Source: Gracilinanus agilis
Taxonomy: Eukaryota
Length of the DNA stretch: 63,425 nt
Reading direction: 5' to 3'
NCBI RefSeq assembly: GCF_016433145.1
Contig: NC_058132.1
Location: 293,587,292-293,650,716, forward strand
Below, piece after piece: positions 25,139 to 39,223 of this stretch. Each line of letters opens with the position of its first letter. Within the stretch, counting starts at the first letter, position 1. Below the pieces are notes generated by a model, which was given only the letters and a program-made list of their open reading frames with translations, searched no databases and was not told where the DNA came from. Position numbers and translations under genes: made by a program.

Positions 25139-27249
25139 GAAACTTAAGCTCCTTGAGAACAAAGACTCTCTTCTTTATTTGTATTCTTAACACTTAGAAG
25201 ATACATAATAAATGTGTCGACCTAGGTAGTGGGGAGCCATCTAAGATATGTATGAATAGAAGAGTGATGTGACCATGAAGATAGAAGGAAAGTTATATAC
25301 ATAGTCATGTGAATGATGGATTGTATGCAAGATATATTGGAGGCAGGAAGATAAATTAAAAACTGTTACAAACATCTAGGTGAAAAGAACTAAGAGACTT
25401 TAAAAAAAACTAGTTCTTTTGGGAGTTAGAGGCATTACAGAAAAAGAATAAACAAGATATGGCAACTGGTTGGATTTTAAGATGAGGATAGTGGAACTGA
25501 AAGGTTTAATACCTATACGGTTATACTCAATGGATGGTTGGTGGCAAAAAAATGTTAGGGTAGGAATGTGATAAATTTAGTTTTAGATTAGTTGCATCTG
25601 AGGAGCTGTTTAGTTATCCAGGTGAAGAAATCCAGCAGACAGTTAAAAATACATGACTGGAGTGTTAGAAAGGTATCAAAGTTGAAGACAAATATTTGAG
25701 ACTAACCTGCATAGCTAGTTGATAATCAAAATCATGAAAGTGCTGAAGTTTCTAAGGCAATATACAAAATTCCCCCCAAACTCACCAGGAAGTGTGTGTG
25801 CGTGTGTGTGGGTAGTAAAGGGCACAAAGCATGGAAGAATATACACTCAAGGGAGCACCAAAAGTGTTGGGTGATCAGGTGGACATCCAAAATGGCAAAA
25901 TTTCCATTATTATTGTTTTACTATCATTTTGATACTAGAACAAGACTATCCAGGAGAACGAGTGTTCCTAAAGTTTCTGAGTAAAAAATAGTGCTCTTTG
26001 GTGAGAACATTCTTTGATGTCCTAGAGGTCAGGGAATGAAGTCTGTATTCTAATGATTTTTCTCTTGGAAGATTACGGTGATAATCATGGAGATAAAGAG
26101 GTTCTATCTTTGGTATCATCTCCTTGTTTTTCCTCTTTTGTTCAAATCTGGCCTCAAAAACTTATTAGTAGTATGACTGTGGGCAAATTGCTTAACCTCT
26201 ATTTAAGTTTCTTATCCTGTAAAATGAAAATCATCATAATGTCTACCTCCCTGGATTGTTGTGAGGATCAAATGACATAATATTTGTAAAGCACTTCATA
26301 AAATGCATTCCTCAGAGTAGGCACTTAATAAATGTTTATTTCTTTTCCTTTCTATAATGTTAGATCAGGGGCAACAGGGTGAGGAAAGGCTCCATTCTCA
26401 ACCTGGTTTTTATTATACAACTGTGTAAGAGAAAGACACAATGAGCCACCACTCATCCATAATATTGTGTAAAAGATCTTTGGTGCCAGAGACAAATTAA
26501 AGGAAAGTAACTGGAGCTAAGACATCTTGAAAGTGATAAATCAGAGGCACTGGTCAATAGAAATCAACTTACTGGAAATAGAAGAAAAAGGAGAAGCAAA
26601 TAAAGTCTTTAGGGAGCTAAGGCACACCTTTACTTCTAATAGTGAATTATGGCCCCGAATTAGAGGGAGGTATTCAAATTTTTAAATTCCAATTCTTCCC
26701 TTAAGAGTCACATTTGGCTGTTCTCTCTCCCTGGACCATGTCTATAATCTATTGGTTGGAAAGCCTAAAAACAGCCCAGGCCACATGACTAGGGATGCTT
26801 TAAGGTAATTCTTGTTTTGTTTTTTTAACAGTTAAGCAAAGAAGAACTGGCCTCCAAGCCAGGGAGACTTAAGTTCAAGTGCTACCTCTGACCTAGATTG
26901 GTACTGTGACATGTCATTTAACCGCTATATTCTGTGCAACTCTCCAAGATTATAAATTGCATAAGTAGTTTCATAATGAAGGGGTCCATTATATCAGTGA
27001 AATTACAAGTGTTGTATCTATTTTTATCCAATAATAGGATTAGGGAGAATTCTATATAGGATAACTAAAAAAGCCTAATACACACACACAGAGAAAATGA
27101 CCATGAAAATACAAAATCAACAGATATAAATGCTAAAGGTATATTGTGTAAAATCAAAAGATGCTGTTATATGCATTTATATTTACAGTGATGATAAGTA
27201 TTAAAAGTAGTATAGGAAAAATCCTACTAAAAACCAAGAGAATACAATT

Positions 27250-27930
27250 TTGCCTCAAAGAATTCAACAATTCAAGAAAGGTTTTTTTAATTTTCTGCCA
27301 TATGAAAGGCACTCTGCTATGCATAAGGGATACAAAGAAAAATATGGTACTGCCTTCAATGAGTTTGTAATCTCCTAAGCTACTATCAATAATATATAAC
27401 ACCCAAGCATAAATTGTGGAATGTGAAAGTATTAACACTTGATCTGAAGGAAGAGTTCCAAGAGGTAGTTGTGTACAGCAGAAAACATTCCAGGTGTTAG
27501 GCATAGCGTATATGAAAGCACAGACAAGAGAGATGGAATGTTAAATTGGAGCAATGTCTAGTAGTACAATTTGGCTAGAACATAGATTTGATAAAGTGAA
27601 TTAATATAAGTATTGAGAGGTAAGTTGGAGCCAGATTGTAGAAAGTTTTAAATGCCACGCTGAAGCATATGTATTTTATTCTAATGGTAATACGAAACCA
27701 CTATAGATTTTTGAATCTGAGAGGAATGTTTAGATTCTGACAATAATGGGGAGAAAATAATGGAGGGTGAAGATATGCAGAAACTGATTCTTTGGGAAGC
27801 TTAGTTAAGGAGAGAGGTAAAAAAGAGCCTAAACCAAGGCTGTAGTAATTTGAGTGGAAAGAAGGGGATGGATGCTAGAGATGGCATGGAGGTAGAATTG
27901 ATGAGATTTGACAAGTGTGCAAAAGGAAGT
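27250..27930 (-). mobile_element. L2 3' fragment
   Basis: L2 3' motifs (gggatacaaag...tgccttcaatgagttt, tggagccagattgtaga). Confidence 0.7.
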
Positions 27931-29179
27931 CATTTTAACTGAAAAAAAAATTTAGAAAATATGAATACTTCTCTAGCAGACTTGTGAACATCAGCTTGAT
28001 TTGTAGTAAGCATTCTCAAAATATTCAGTTCCTGATATAAAGTAGAAGACATTTTGTTGAATACTGAGAGAACAAAACAAGTGTCAATTTGTTTTTGTAT
28101 TGGTATGGCCTTGTAACATGATAGAGCTCTAGTAGATTCCCTCTACCAATGCAAATCTGTAATTGCTTAGAGAATAACCTGGGAATATTAAAAATTTAAC
28201 CAAACAACTCTCCCAAGTTCACGCTACTCTTAAGCCAAAAGTAAATCTTCCAGATTGAACCCAGCTCTTTCTATTGGGCAATACTGTCTCTTATCAGTAT
28301 TAACAGCCAATGTTAGAGAATTGTTTCTTCTTGAGATGCTGAAAAAAATACAACCATGTTGAAAGCAAAATAAACACTTTTGAAAGTGCTACCCTTTCCT
28401 TAATTTTTTTGCAATTTAAAAATCCATTCATTTAATCTATTTACTTGGGAAATGCTATTTGAGCCCTTTAAGAAACAAAAAACTGATAGCTACAATCTAC
28501 CTTGATAGCCTATTGGTTTTTTAAAAAATAGAATACCTGTCAAAGACCAGAAACCTGTGTCACTGGGTTGATTTGGTAATAAAATCATTTGATTATATTG
28601 GTTTAGACAGACTATACTTCATGGTATCAGAGAGGAGAAAAAAAAGAAATTCTTTCCAACTTTATACTCCCTTTTCTCAATAAAAGCAATGGAAATACTT
28701 GTTTAAGATCTCAAACATGTCCAAAGTAACATAAACGGCTCAGTGGGATTTTGAGTTTGAATTATTTTGATAAATCAACAAAGGGATACATTTCATAGTA
28801 ATTATCCTTACAAATAACCATTATCACAAAAACCATTGTTGCTCACTAATGTCCTTACTTTTTTAAATCATAAATATTCTTCCATCTCATCACTGCATTT
28901 CTTCCCAAATTGCCCCTACCAGGTTTGTCCTTTTCTTTTACAAAATAGTATGGTTTTAGATTTTAAGCCAGACACTGCCTCAGACTCCTATTAGCTGTGT
29001 GATCCTGAACAAGTTATTTAAGTTTTGTCAGTCTTTTTATTTGTAAAAATGGGGAAAATAAGCACCTACCTCACAGGGTAGTTTTGGGGACCAAGAGAGA
29101 TGACATATATAAAGAATTTTGCAAACCTTAAAATTGTATATTAATGCTTAAGTATTTATGATGACCTCCAAATCCTCCC

Positions 29180-31230
29180 ACCTTCAATATTTTCTCAGGC
29201 TTCACTTACTCCAGTTTTCCGTCTCAACCCTTTTGGCAATTCAACTCTACATTGTCTTCTGTTCTCAGATTCTTCATCTCCATCTCTGTTCGTTCATTTC
29301 TTGTATTACCATCACTATTTGCCTCATCCATAATACTCAAATGCTATTGGTCCACCCATGTGCCTGGAACCCTCTCCTTTTCATTTCACTCCTGGTTTCC
29401 TTCAAATCTAAGCTTCAGTCCCATTTTCTTCAAGATTTACCCAGGCCTCAAAAAACTCCATAGGTGTCTGTCCTCTGATAAGTTTGCAACACTCCTCTTA
29501 CTTAACTGTTTCACCCTTTTCAGCTTAGGCTTATTATTCATATTATACTTCCTAATTGTTGGTATTTCCAATGTCTAATCAAAGGCCTTCTTATCTTCTC
29601 CCTACATTGTCTGGGTAACTTAAATAGCTCCCATCCTTCCCCCCCAATTTATTCTTTGTTACTCGTACATAGTTGTTTGCATGTTATCTCCTCCATTAGA
29701 TTCTAAGTTCCTCAAGTACTGTTTGGGATGTTTTTTGTTTGTTTTTAGCCATTCTTTTTATCCCTAGTGTTTAGCACAGTGTCTAACACATTGTAGATGC
29801 TTAAAAATGCTGACTTGAGGACATTTTAAATTGATGTTATCCATCTTGAATCTCCTCACTGCAACAAGGCAGTCTTCCCAACAGCTCCTTCTCTAATAAT
29901 CAATGTCACTATAGAAGCTTTTCCAAATACTGCCCTCCTTTAAGTTACCCACATTTCCCTTAAACCATCTCTCTCAGCTAAGCATCTCATTCCGTTTTAA
30001 TGAGAAAGCTGAAGTTATTCAATGTGAGCTCCCTCTTCTATCTCAAAACCTTTTGACATTAGGTTCCCAACCCTAGCCTTATTTCCCACAATTCCTGACA
30101 GAGGTAACCCTTTTTTGCCAAAGCCAAACCCTTAACATGTGTGTTTGATCCCATCACTTCTTTTCAAGCAGATTGGAAATTCAATTATTTTCTCTCCCTT
30201 TCAAATCTTTAACCTCTCCCTTTTTCATTCCTTCCCTACTATATTTTTCACCATCCTTGAAATAAAACAAAAACACTCTTACTAGACCCTGCCAGTTGTT
30301 CTTCCATAATAGGGAATCATTCTTGATTCCTTTATTAGTTATTTTGTCATCCCTCAAACTGACTTTCCCCCAAACATGTAGGAAAAAAAAATAGCTGCCT
30401 ACAAATGCTAATTTTATTTCCTCTTCTCACTCTCTCAGTCCTCTGCAGCCTAACTTCCAACTTTATCAGTCAACTAAACCTGGTCTTCTTCAAAGTTTCT
30501 AATCATCTCCGAATTAATATATTTCCTCTGCATCCTTTTTTTTTTCTTTTTGGGCTTTTGAAACAATATTTTCTACTCATTCCTCCAAATGTCCTCCCTT
30601 TCTACATCCACATTGGGTCCCCTAATCGTGGGTGTTTTCAAGGTCTTGTCATAGGCCTTCTTCATCTATTCCCTAACCTATCATGGTTAACCACACCAGT
30701 TCATATGGAATTAACTATCATTTCTATAGAGAAGACATATCTATTCATTTCAAATTGCATGTCCCAAACATATCTCAAACTCAACATGTCCAAAATTAAA
30801 ACTGTCCTTCCATCCGAACCCTTCCTTCTTCCAAATTTCCTCATTTCTGTCAAAGGCATTAGCATTCTTTCCATCTCCCAGGTTGTTACTTGATCTTAAG
30901 TTGTTGTTTATTTTTCAATAAAATTCTTACTTTCCATCTTAGAATCAATACTACATTACTATGCAATGAGGGTTAAGTGACTTGCCCAGGTCACAAAACT
31001 AGAAAGTGTCTGAGACCACATCTGAACCCAGTACCTCCCATCTCTAGGCCTGGCTCTCAATCCACTGAGCCAACCCAGCTATTCCTGATCTTAACAGTTT
31101 TTATCTCCACATCTCCTGCATCTAACCCCTCTCTCCACTTAGAGAGGTACCATCTCAATAAAACCCCTTCTCCCTTCTCACCTAGAGAGTTGTGAGAGCA
31201 TAATAGGCCTCCCTGTCTCAAGTTTCTCCC
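29180..31230 (+). mobile_element. L2 fragments (3' end and ORF2 remnants; source of ORF 30405..30893) with a SINE at 30905-31085
   Basis: cttagcacagtgtct..., ctcaaactcaacatgtccaaaattaaaact (L2 hallmark). Confidence 0.75.
30905..31085 (-). mobile_element. SINE1_Mdo-like SINE
   Basis: aagtgacttgcccaggtcac...ctaggcctggctctcaatccactgagcca. Confidence 0.9.
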
Positions 31231-31679
31231 CAGTTGAAGTATTAAAAAAATAAAGCTTTAGTGCAAGTAAATGTCTCAAATATAGGCAAATCAAGAAAAA
31301 ATAATTCAAGGAAAAAATTAAAAAGTGATAGAGAGAAAATATTCAATAATTACTTTATTAAATACTATGCACAAAGAACTATAGTAGGCTGAGAGAATGA
31401 AAAATTAAGTCGTGATTTCTGTCCTCAGAAAACTTAGAATGTAGAGAGAGAAGCTAATGCAAAGAAAAAACATGAAGATAATTTCAATGTGGAAGTCTTA
31501 TAGGACTGCTGGGAATTTCTAACCGAGTTTTATAATCATTCCAAACAGGAGTGTCTTTAAAACAACTGTCTTCTAACTTGTTTTTCTATGGTAAGCATGG
31601 TGGTAGTAAAGTAGCATGACAAATGAAGAAGGTTGAGAAATGAGCAAAAAAGGATAAGCTCTTCACAGAACTTTATATA

Positions 31680-31712
<33 letters not shown>
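31680..31712. repeat. (TG)n microsatellite
   Basis: Read directly. Confidence 0.95.
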
Positions 31713-31713
<1 letters not shown>

Positions 31714-34099
31714 CAGATATTATATGTAAAATAAATATATTTTATCCACTGGTATCCATGAAATATCAGGAGCTATAGGGGAAGGCCTCTGGGATATTAA
31801 GTTTACTCTCTACAATATATTGATGGGGGGACACAGACAAAAATGAGCACACATAGGTGGTTTGCAATCTGTATCACTAACAGTAGTGTAAATATCAATG
31901 AAATCATAGATACAAAAGTTTCAAAGATCAATAATTCTATAAAAGTATAAACTTTTCTAAAAGTAAAAAACCTTAACAGACTATCTTATTCTTTTTCCTT
32001 ACTGCAAAAATGAATATACTAGATTTAAGAAAACTTGCCCAACAGCACCTAACTAGTTAGAGGAAGTCAAGAACAGAACTTGGCACTCTGAAAAACTATT
32101 TCTCACCCTGTTAGAAAAACAGTACTATTTAGAAGTACAGACGATATTTAACTTTTTATCAACAACCTGTTGTCTGGCAACAGATGACAACCCAAACTAC
32201 AACTTGTAGTTAACAATGATACTAAGAAGATATCCTTCTTTCATCCGAGATGTTGGTCAAAACTATTGAACTGACCACAGTGGCACAAAGAATTTTTTAA
32301 TGGAACATCCATGTTAACAACCTGAATATCGATGTCAATATATGATCCACCCTACTCAATCCATCCCTCCTCACTACAATCTCAAAATGAGTCTTGTGTA
32401 GTAAAATGTGTGTGAAGGAGGGCAATAGGTAAACATGCTGGAAAATGCAAGAAAGCAACCAATATATATGCAGCGTTAGCTGCAAAAATAAGGCAAAGTT
32501 CTCATATCATGTTATCAATATTTCCTTCTATGAACTCTCAAAAAGGCATAATGCTGAAAGGGAATTTGGCTGAGTACTTTGGTAAGACAAATATTAGAGT
32601 AAAATAAGAGACATTTTGGGTATCTTTTAATCTCAGTTTTTCTTTGCCAGTCCAGAAGGTATACTAACTTTCCAGTAACTAAAAACTTTGAACTCTGCTC
32701 ATAATAACTTTTAAAGATTTTAATAGTATATTTCAAAGGAAGAGGAAGGGAGAGACGGGGAAAGGAAAACAAAATCTATTTCTTCACTGTTCAAGGATGT
32801 TGGTGGTACTGTTTGTAGTTATCTGGATCCTCTTTATTTTCTCTTCTATTTTCTTCTTTTGGACCATTTCATTGCCCAGTGAAATGGAGGCTGGACTAGA
32901 GAAGGGAAAGAAGAAATCTAAATTAATTTTTCTTTCAAGGTCTGTTAAAAGAATAGATAGAGGTAGTTAAATTTCAATGGGTCAAAATGGAATTTCAAAA
33001 TTGTCTCTATTTTTACCCATGCTATCTACTCATTTCACCATCCACATAAATAAGTATTTACTATAGATTACAAAAGCAAAAAGGGAGGAAAGGTTTAAAA
33101 AAAATCTAAGAGTCCAACTAGTATAGATTTAAATGTTGTACTGTTTTAATACCTTGGGTAACTATGACAGAATATATTGAGTAAATTATACTTAATTATT
33201 AAATCAAAAGAACTGAGTTATCTTTTACCCTACAACACTTTAATACATTCCAGAAATAGAAAAAGTTTTGCCTATACACTGTATAGTTATTTTTTTTTTC
33301 TTAAAGGGATATCTCATCAAGAATGTGAAATGTCTCATGCCATTTATGATCCTATGTGTCTCTGACTTGTAAATAATCTTTGAAAACTCAGTTCCTACAT
33401 GATTGGCTTGGGGGACAGAGGAAGAGGAAGAGTTGTGATCACTACTAAAGTAAATTTTAAACTGAATAATTTTGGAAATATTTTTTAGTCTCATATTCAA
33501 AGAAACTGATAAACTGAAGTAGAATTTTTTGGCCTAAAATGATTATATCTCCATGCTTCCCAAAAAGAGATTCATTTTATTTACCTCTTCTTTAATGTGT
33601 CTTGCTTTTGGATTGCCCTTTATATTTATATTGCTTTCTGTTCTTACAGTCTTGCATCCTATTTGGTCTCCTTGTTACATGGAGCACAGATATTATGGTC
33701 AGAAGATTCAACTTTATTTAGGAAACACTGAGTACAAGTTGCAACACCAAGAATTGTAAAAGAAGAAGAAATCTAAAGGTTAGTTTAGCAATGTATGACC
33801 AGAAATCAAAATGAGTTCAATCTTGGTTACGTTAAGTTTGAGGTACTAAGACGACATCAAAGTGAACAGAACCCACAGGCAGTGTGGGGTTTTGAAGAGG
33901 TCAGGGATGAAAACAAAAGTTTGAGAACCATCTAAATAGAGATGGCCATTTAATCTGTAAAAGTGATTGAAATTGACAAGGCAGAAATTATTGAATAAGT
34001 GAAGTGGTCCCACCCAAAGAATTGGTGGAAATAATTAGTGATTCAATGTCCATAATGTCTTAAAGGGCATAAAAGTGAAGTACTGAAAGAATAGAGAGG

Positions 34100-35520
34100 G
34101 GCTAATGTCCATATTTAAACAAAAGGGGGAAAAAGTTTGAAAAACTCAAGGGAAAATCTACAACAAAATCACTAAAGAAATATTTAGTAGACATCTATCT
34201 GGCAAAGGAAATAAAGGGCCAACACGGCTTCAACAGGTTATGTCCAGATATTACCTCGTTTTTTAACATAGCTGCCAAACTGGTAGATCACAAAAATATA
34301 GTAAATACATATTCTCATGAATACTTCAGTAGGTAAACTATTTCATATAATTCTTAGGAAGATGGAGGATTGAAGGCTAAAGTCTGAGGAGGGAAGATGA
34401 TATAGTCATCTCTGTACACTGGCAGTTGAGTGACTAACTGAACTCAGTCATTGTCATTCAGTGTCAATGATGGTATTCATGGCAGTGCACCAGAGACCTT
34501 TGCTTAAACTTAGACATTTATATCAATGACTTGGATAAAGGAATATATTGTACATGTATTAAAATTTTCAGATGACATAATGTTGGATGGAGTAACACAG
34601 TAAATGAATCAGGATCCAAATACCATAGCAAAGGATTGAAATGTATTAAGATGAAATTCAATGAAAATAAACATAAAGTCTATACTTAGGTTCAAAAAAG
34701 TTTATTTCAGACATAAAGGCTAAGGAAGAAATTATTTCAAAGAATTTATCTGAAAAAGTTCTGGAAGTTTTAAAGAACTACAAATTTCAAATGATGCACA
34801 GTGATGTGGCAGAAAAAAGTTACCATAATCTTGGGCTACACATAGACACATTTTTGTTTAAGTTTTCAGTCTTGTTCAACTCATGTTCCTATTTGGGGTT
34901 TTTTTGGCAAAGATACTGGAATAATTTTGCCATTTCTTTTTCAAGTTCATTTTACAGATGAGGAAACTGAGGCAAAAAGGGTTAAGTCACTTGCCTACAG
35001 TTACAAAGCTAGTGTCTGAGGCTAAATTTGAATTTAGAAAGGAGTCTAACTTCACACCCACCACTCTGTCCACTGTGCTTGCCTAGCTGCTCCGTTGTGA
35101 TGTAGATTTCATAAATAAATCCATAAATAGATACTCTTTGCATTCTACCTTGGTTGGAAAGCATCTTGAGTACCACATTAAATACAATAAAATTTAAGAA
35201 GGATATTGACAAAAGAGAGAGCAGCCATGAGAACAATCAACATAGAAAAAGGTCTTGAATCCTTGGAATACGAGAATTAGTTGTGAGAATTAAGTATATT
35301 AAAGGGATATGGGTTATCCTGGACAAAACATGAGAGATATGATAGCTATGTTTAGGATTTGAAGAACATATCAAGTGGAAAAAGGATTTTATTTCTACTT
35401 GGCCTGTGCAAAGAACTAGAGGCAACAAAGAACTGTGGAGAGACATTTGGGCTTAATGTCAGTATTTCCGGACAATTACATCCAAAGGGGAAATGATCTG
35501 CCTAGAGTTATTTCAAGTAG
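34100..35520 (+). mobile_element. CR1/L3 RT-3' fragment interrupted by a minus-strand Mar1/MIR SINE (~34850-35090)
   Basis: atcaatgacttggataaagg...tttcagatgacata (CR1 RT motif), aggatccaaa, agatgaaattcaat. Confidence 0.75.
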
Positions 35521-36859
35521 GGGTTTGATCACTGGTCAAATACATTATAGCGGCAATTCATTTCAGTTATTAGTCTAGGTAGAGGACAAGGTTCCTTGTA
35601 ATCAGTGAAAACCCTGAGAAGCACTTTCCTTAAAGTGCTAGAAGGACCTAACAGAAAAGGAGGTACACAGCAACAGCAGTGTGGTGTTTCTGCATTTAGG
35701 AGAGGAAAGAATATAGTCAAGGCTGAGAGGCCATCCCTGCCTATCTATCATCCTATTACTCTCTCCTCTTTTGTGAATAAACTCTTTGAAGACCATCCAC
35801 AATAGATAACTCCAACTTGATTTGTTCTCACTCTTCTTAACTCTTTATAATCTGGTTTCTGACCTACTCTCTAAAAAGTTATGAATAATCCCTTTACCAA
35901 ATTAAAATAGTTTTTCTCAGTTCTTTCTTCTCAAACTCTCTATAGCCTAAGTTTGAGCACCCTCTCTGTGATCTTTGCTCACATCTGAAATCCTCTTATT
36001 TCCATCAGCCTTTTGACTTTCTCCAAGTCTCACCTAAAAGCACACCTTCTTCAAGAAGTCTTTCCCAAACACTTTTAATTCCAGTGCTTTTCTTCTATTG
36101 ATTATTGCCTATTTCTCCTGTATATAGAATGTTAATATAGTTTACATGTTTTCTACTAATGATGGACTACTGTCCAATTTTACAGAAATTAGAGGATAAA
36201 AACTGGGGGTGGGGGTGGGGAGAAGGGGTAATTGGATTTCATAGCAACATGGACTCTAGGGCTGGAAAGGGCCTTGAAGGTCATCTAATATAATGTCTCA
36301 TTTTATTTATAAAGTGAATTTTAGAAAGATTAAATTACTTACCCCAAATCATACTAGTAGTAAGGCCTAGGAGAAGAATTTGAAAATAGGTTCTATGACT
36401 CCAAATCCTGTGCTTTTCTCCTCTATTAGACCACACTAATTTGGCGATCAGATTGGTAACCTTTGATAATCATTTCAGAAGTCTGATGGGGGGGGGGGGG
36501 CGGGCCAAAGATAAGGTTATGAGGGTTTAATTAGGCTCTAAAGTGGTAATATAGTTGAAGTATTCTATGTAAACATCTTTTTTCAAAGATTATAGGGGAA
36601 AGGAAAGAATAAGCATTAAGCACCTATCATTTGGCAGTCATCATATTAAGACCTTCACAAATCTTTCATTGGATCTTCACAATTCGGTGAAATACTATTA
36701 TTATTCCCATTTTACAGTTGAGGAAACTGGTGTTAATCAGTTAAGTGCCTTGTACACAGTTATCCCAAATGCACACAACTCTATTTAAACTCAAATCATC
36801 TTGAACCAAGGGTTATCTTCAAGTCCTCAAGGCCTAGTGTTCTACAAAGTACACTATCT

Positions 36860-37850
36860 GTCTGGAAGATTGGGACAGAAGGCAAAAATGAGATGAGATA
36901 AAAGTGTCTCAAATGGTACTTTTCTTAGTATTAGGGAGATAGAATTTATTTTTAAGCAGATTAAAAAGAACCAGAGGGAAAGAAAAGATGCCATTAAAGA
37001 AAATAGTTAGAAAAAAGTTGCAGGGAAAAATGAATTTAAGGATGTAAGAATAGCGAACAGCATGAACAATGTGTAGAAATATTTTCATGTAGTCATCAGA
37101 GGGAGGAAAGAGTGGATGATATTAAGAAGTTTAGAGGAGTAAACCACAAGTTACTGGATCATAGATTTAATTCTGAAAAGTACCCTCAGAGGGCATGTAG
37201 TCTAAACCTTTCATTTGACAGATGAGAGATGCAGACTAAGGAGGCAAACTTTCACTGGATTATATGGACAGCGAGCATAAGACAAGATTTGAAATCTTGT
37301 TCTCCAACAAAAGATAGAGTTCCTTTGAGATATCTTCAGATGGCATCAATCTTCTCAATAAGAAGCCAGGTCATCTGCTATAAGTATAATATAGGTGAAA
37401 GAAAAGAGGAAAAGGTTTAGAGTAGTCAACAATGAGACAGGAAACATATATTGAGCTTGGCCCTAACCATAGTAGACATGTAAATGTTTACTGAATTTGA
37501 CAAATGGTGTAGGCCAGATCATGCTGACTTTTTCTATCACCACTGAGTAGCACAGGAGTAAGACTTAAGAAATGTAGAATGGGGGTTTAGCTAGGAATGA
37601 GGATTAGGAGATCAAGGTGCCTATGATAAAGGTAATGAGATTGTAACAAGGCTAGAGAAGAATAAAAAGTGAAGAACATTCCACCTAGGATAAACCACAG
37701 CCAAGAAATAAGGCAGAATGAGGAAGACAAACTGGGTAGATAAGGATCAGGAAACCACTGTTTATGGATAAGAACAAAAACCGGCATTGAAGACAAAGAG
37801 CCTGTGATCAGAGTGAAGTTATGGATCTTAAAGGATATAAAATCATACAG
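36860..37850 (-). mobile_element. L2 fragment with a nested MIR3 (~37130-37330)
   Basis: L2 minus-strand motifs and MIR3 core. Confidence 0.6.
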
Positions 37851-39217
37851 TGTCATTGAAGTTACATAGGAAAAAATGGTTGGAGTTCTTCAAGACATTG
37901 AGAAATTGTGTGATCAGGGAATGAATTGGGTTTTCAAAATAGTAGTTGTAATAGGAAAGAATACTGAATACCCATTGGAGTGTGAATCCTGGATCTCAAC
38001 TATTCCCTGGACATGTCTTGTCCTTTCTAGACCTCATTTTTCGTTATCAGAAAAAGGAAAGGATCAAATTGTGAGGCAGACTTCTTCAAGGTCTACATCC
38101 ATGTTCCTATCACTTTAACTTTACTACATTAAATCTGATTTGGTAACTATACTACCTATAAACATTAAAATAATAGGTCTATGACATATGTTCAACAATA
38201 TGCAAATAATAAATGTTTGCTGAATGAATGCTGCCAAAAGACATATAGTACCTTAGGCAACACCAATATCAGACAACAGAAATCGCCTTTGATTGGTAAT
38301 GAGAAATTATCCTCTAATGATCTATTTTATGTAATTCTAAAGGAGACCAAATGAACCACCTGCATGACATCTGCTCTCATAAAAGTTACTTAAATGATGC
38401 TTTTCATTTCATATCCTGTGAAACTATTCCAAAAGAGAGAAATAGCTTTACTTATTTTACTAATTAAGAAAAAAGGTTCATATTAGCATGGCAATTACAT
38501 TCCATTTGAAAGATTCTAAATAATAAAGTAAATAATTACTTGGCTCTTTTCCTCTTTCTACTTAGGATGACTCATATGACCTATAATTCATTTTCTATAC
38601 ATAAGTTAGGAGCACTTTCAAACTGCTCCTTAACATCTACCTTTCCTATGCACCTAGTAGGTGGTTTTTTTTTCCCAAACTAATCAGTAACTCCCCACCC
38701 CCCGCCCCATTTTCATGGGCAGAGACTCATGTCCTAGATCCCCAAGATAGAACTAGGACTGTCCAGCCTTCCTTCCATCCATTCTTCCTCATGGGTTTGT
38801 AAAAGCAGGTAAAGTCAGGCACTAAGATGCAGAAGAAGTGATAATTAACAATAGTTCTTATATGATTTTAATCTGTTTCATCAGCTATTCTAGACTTTAA
38901 TGAGTGTGTACAAGTTGATATATCTAGGCTGTTGTAATAAATGTATTTTCAATTCATTGATGAAAATGTTATTTATAGAGAGAGGAAAAGATATGGCCAG
39001 TCTCAAAAGTATAGTCTTTCTTGGATACAAACAAAAATTGATTTACATTACTTGACAAGATGATCCTTGCCCATTTTAAAAAGCATAATAATCCAAAATG
39101 AAAACACACATACATACATACATACACACAGAGATACACACACATATACATAAATAAATTCATTCATTCATTCCAATAAATGCAAAGGGAACAAAATGAT
39201 TCTGCATAAGTAATAAC

Positions 39218-39223
39218 TTTATT
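39218..39223 (-). terminator. Candidate SPOPL polyadenylation signal AATAAA
   Basis: Minus strand reads AATAAA..., then a CA about 25 nt later, a U-rich stretch (ttttgttccctttgcattt) and GU-rich repeats, typical of a downstream element. Other AATAAA hexamers occur in the UTR. Confidence 0.55.

Noticed and set aside
30405-30893. 162-aa ORF
   Set aside because: It is a decayed L2 ORF2 remnant.
1-39000. Coding exons of a neighbouring gene (e.g. NXPH2, expected from recalled human synteny)
   Set aside because: No ORF or exon resembling neurexophilin or any other known protein was found in the ORF track or by reading.
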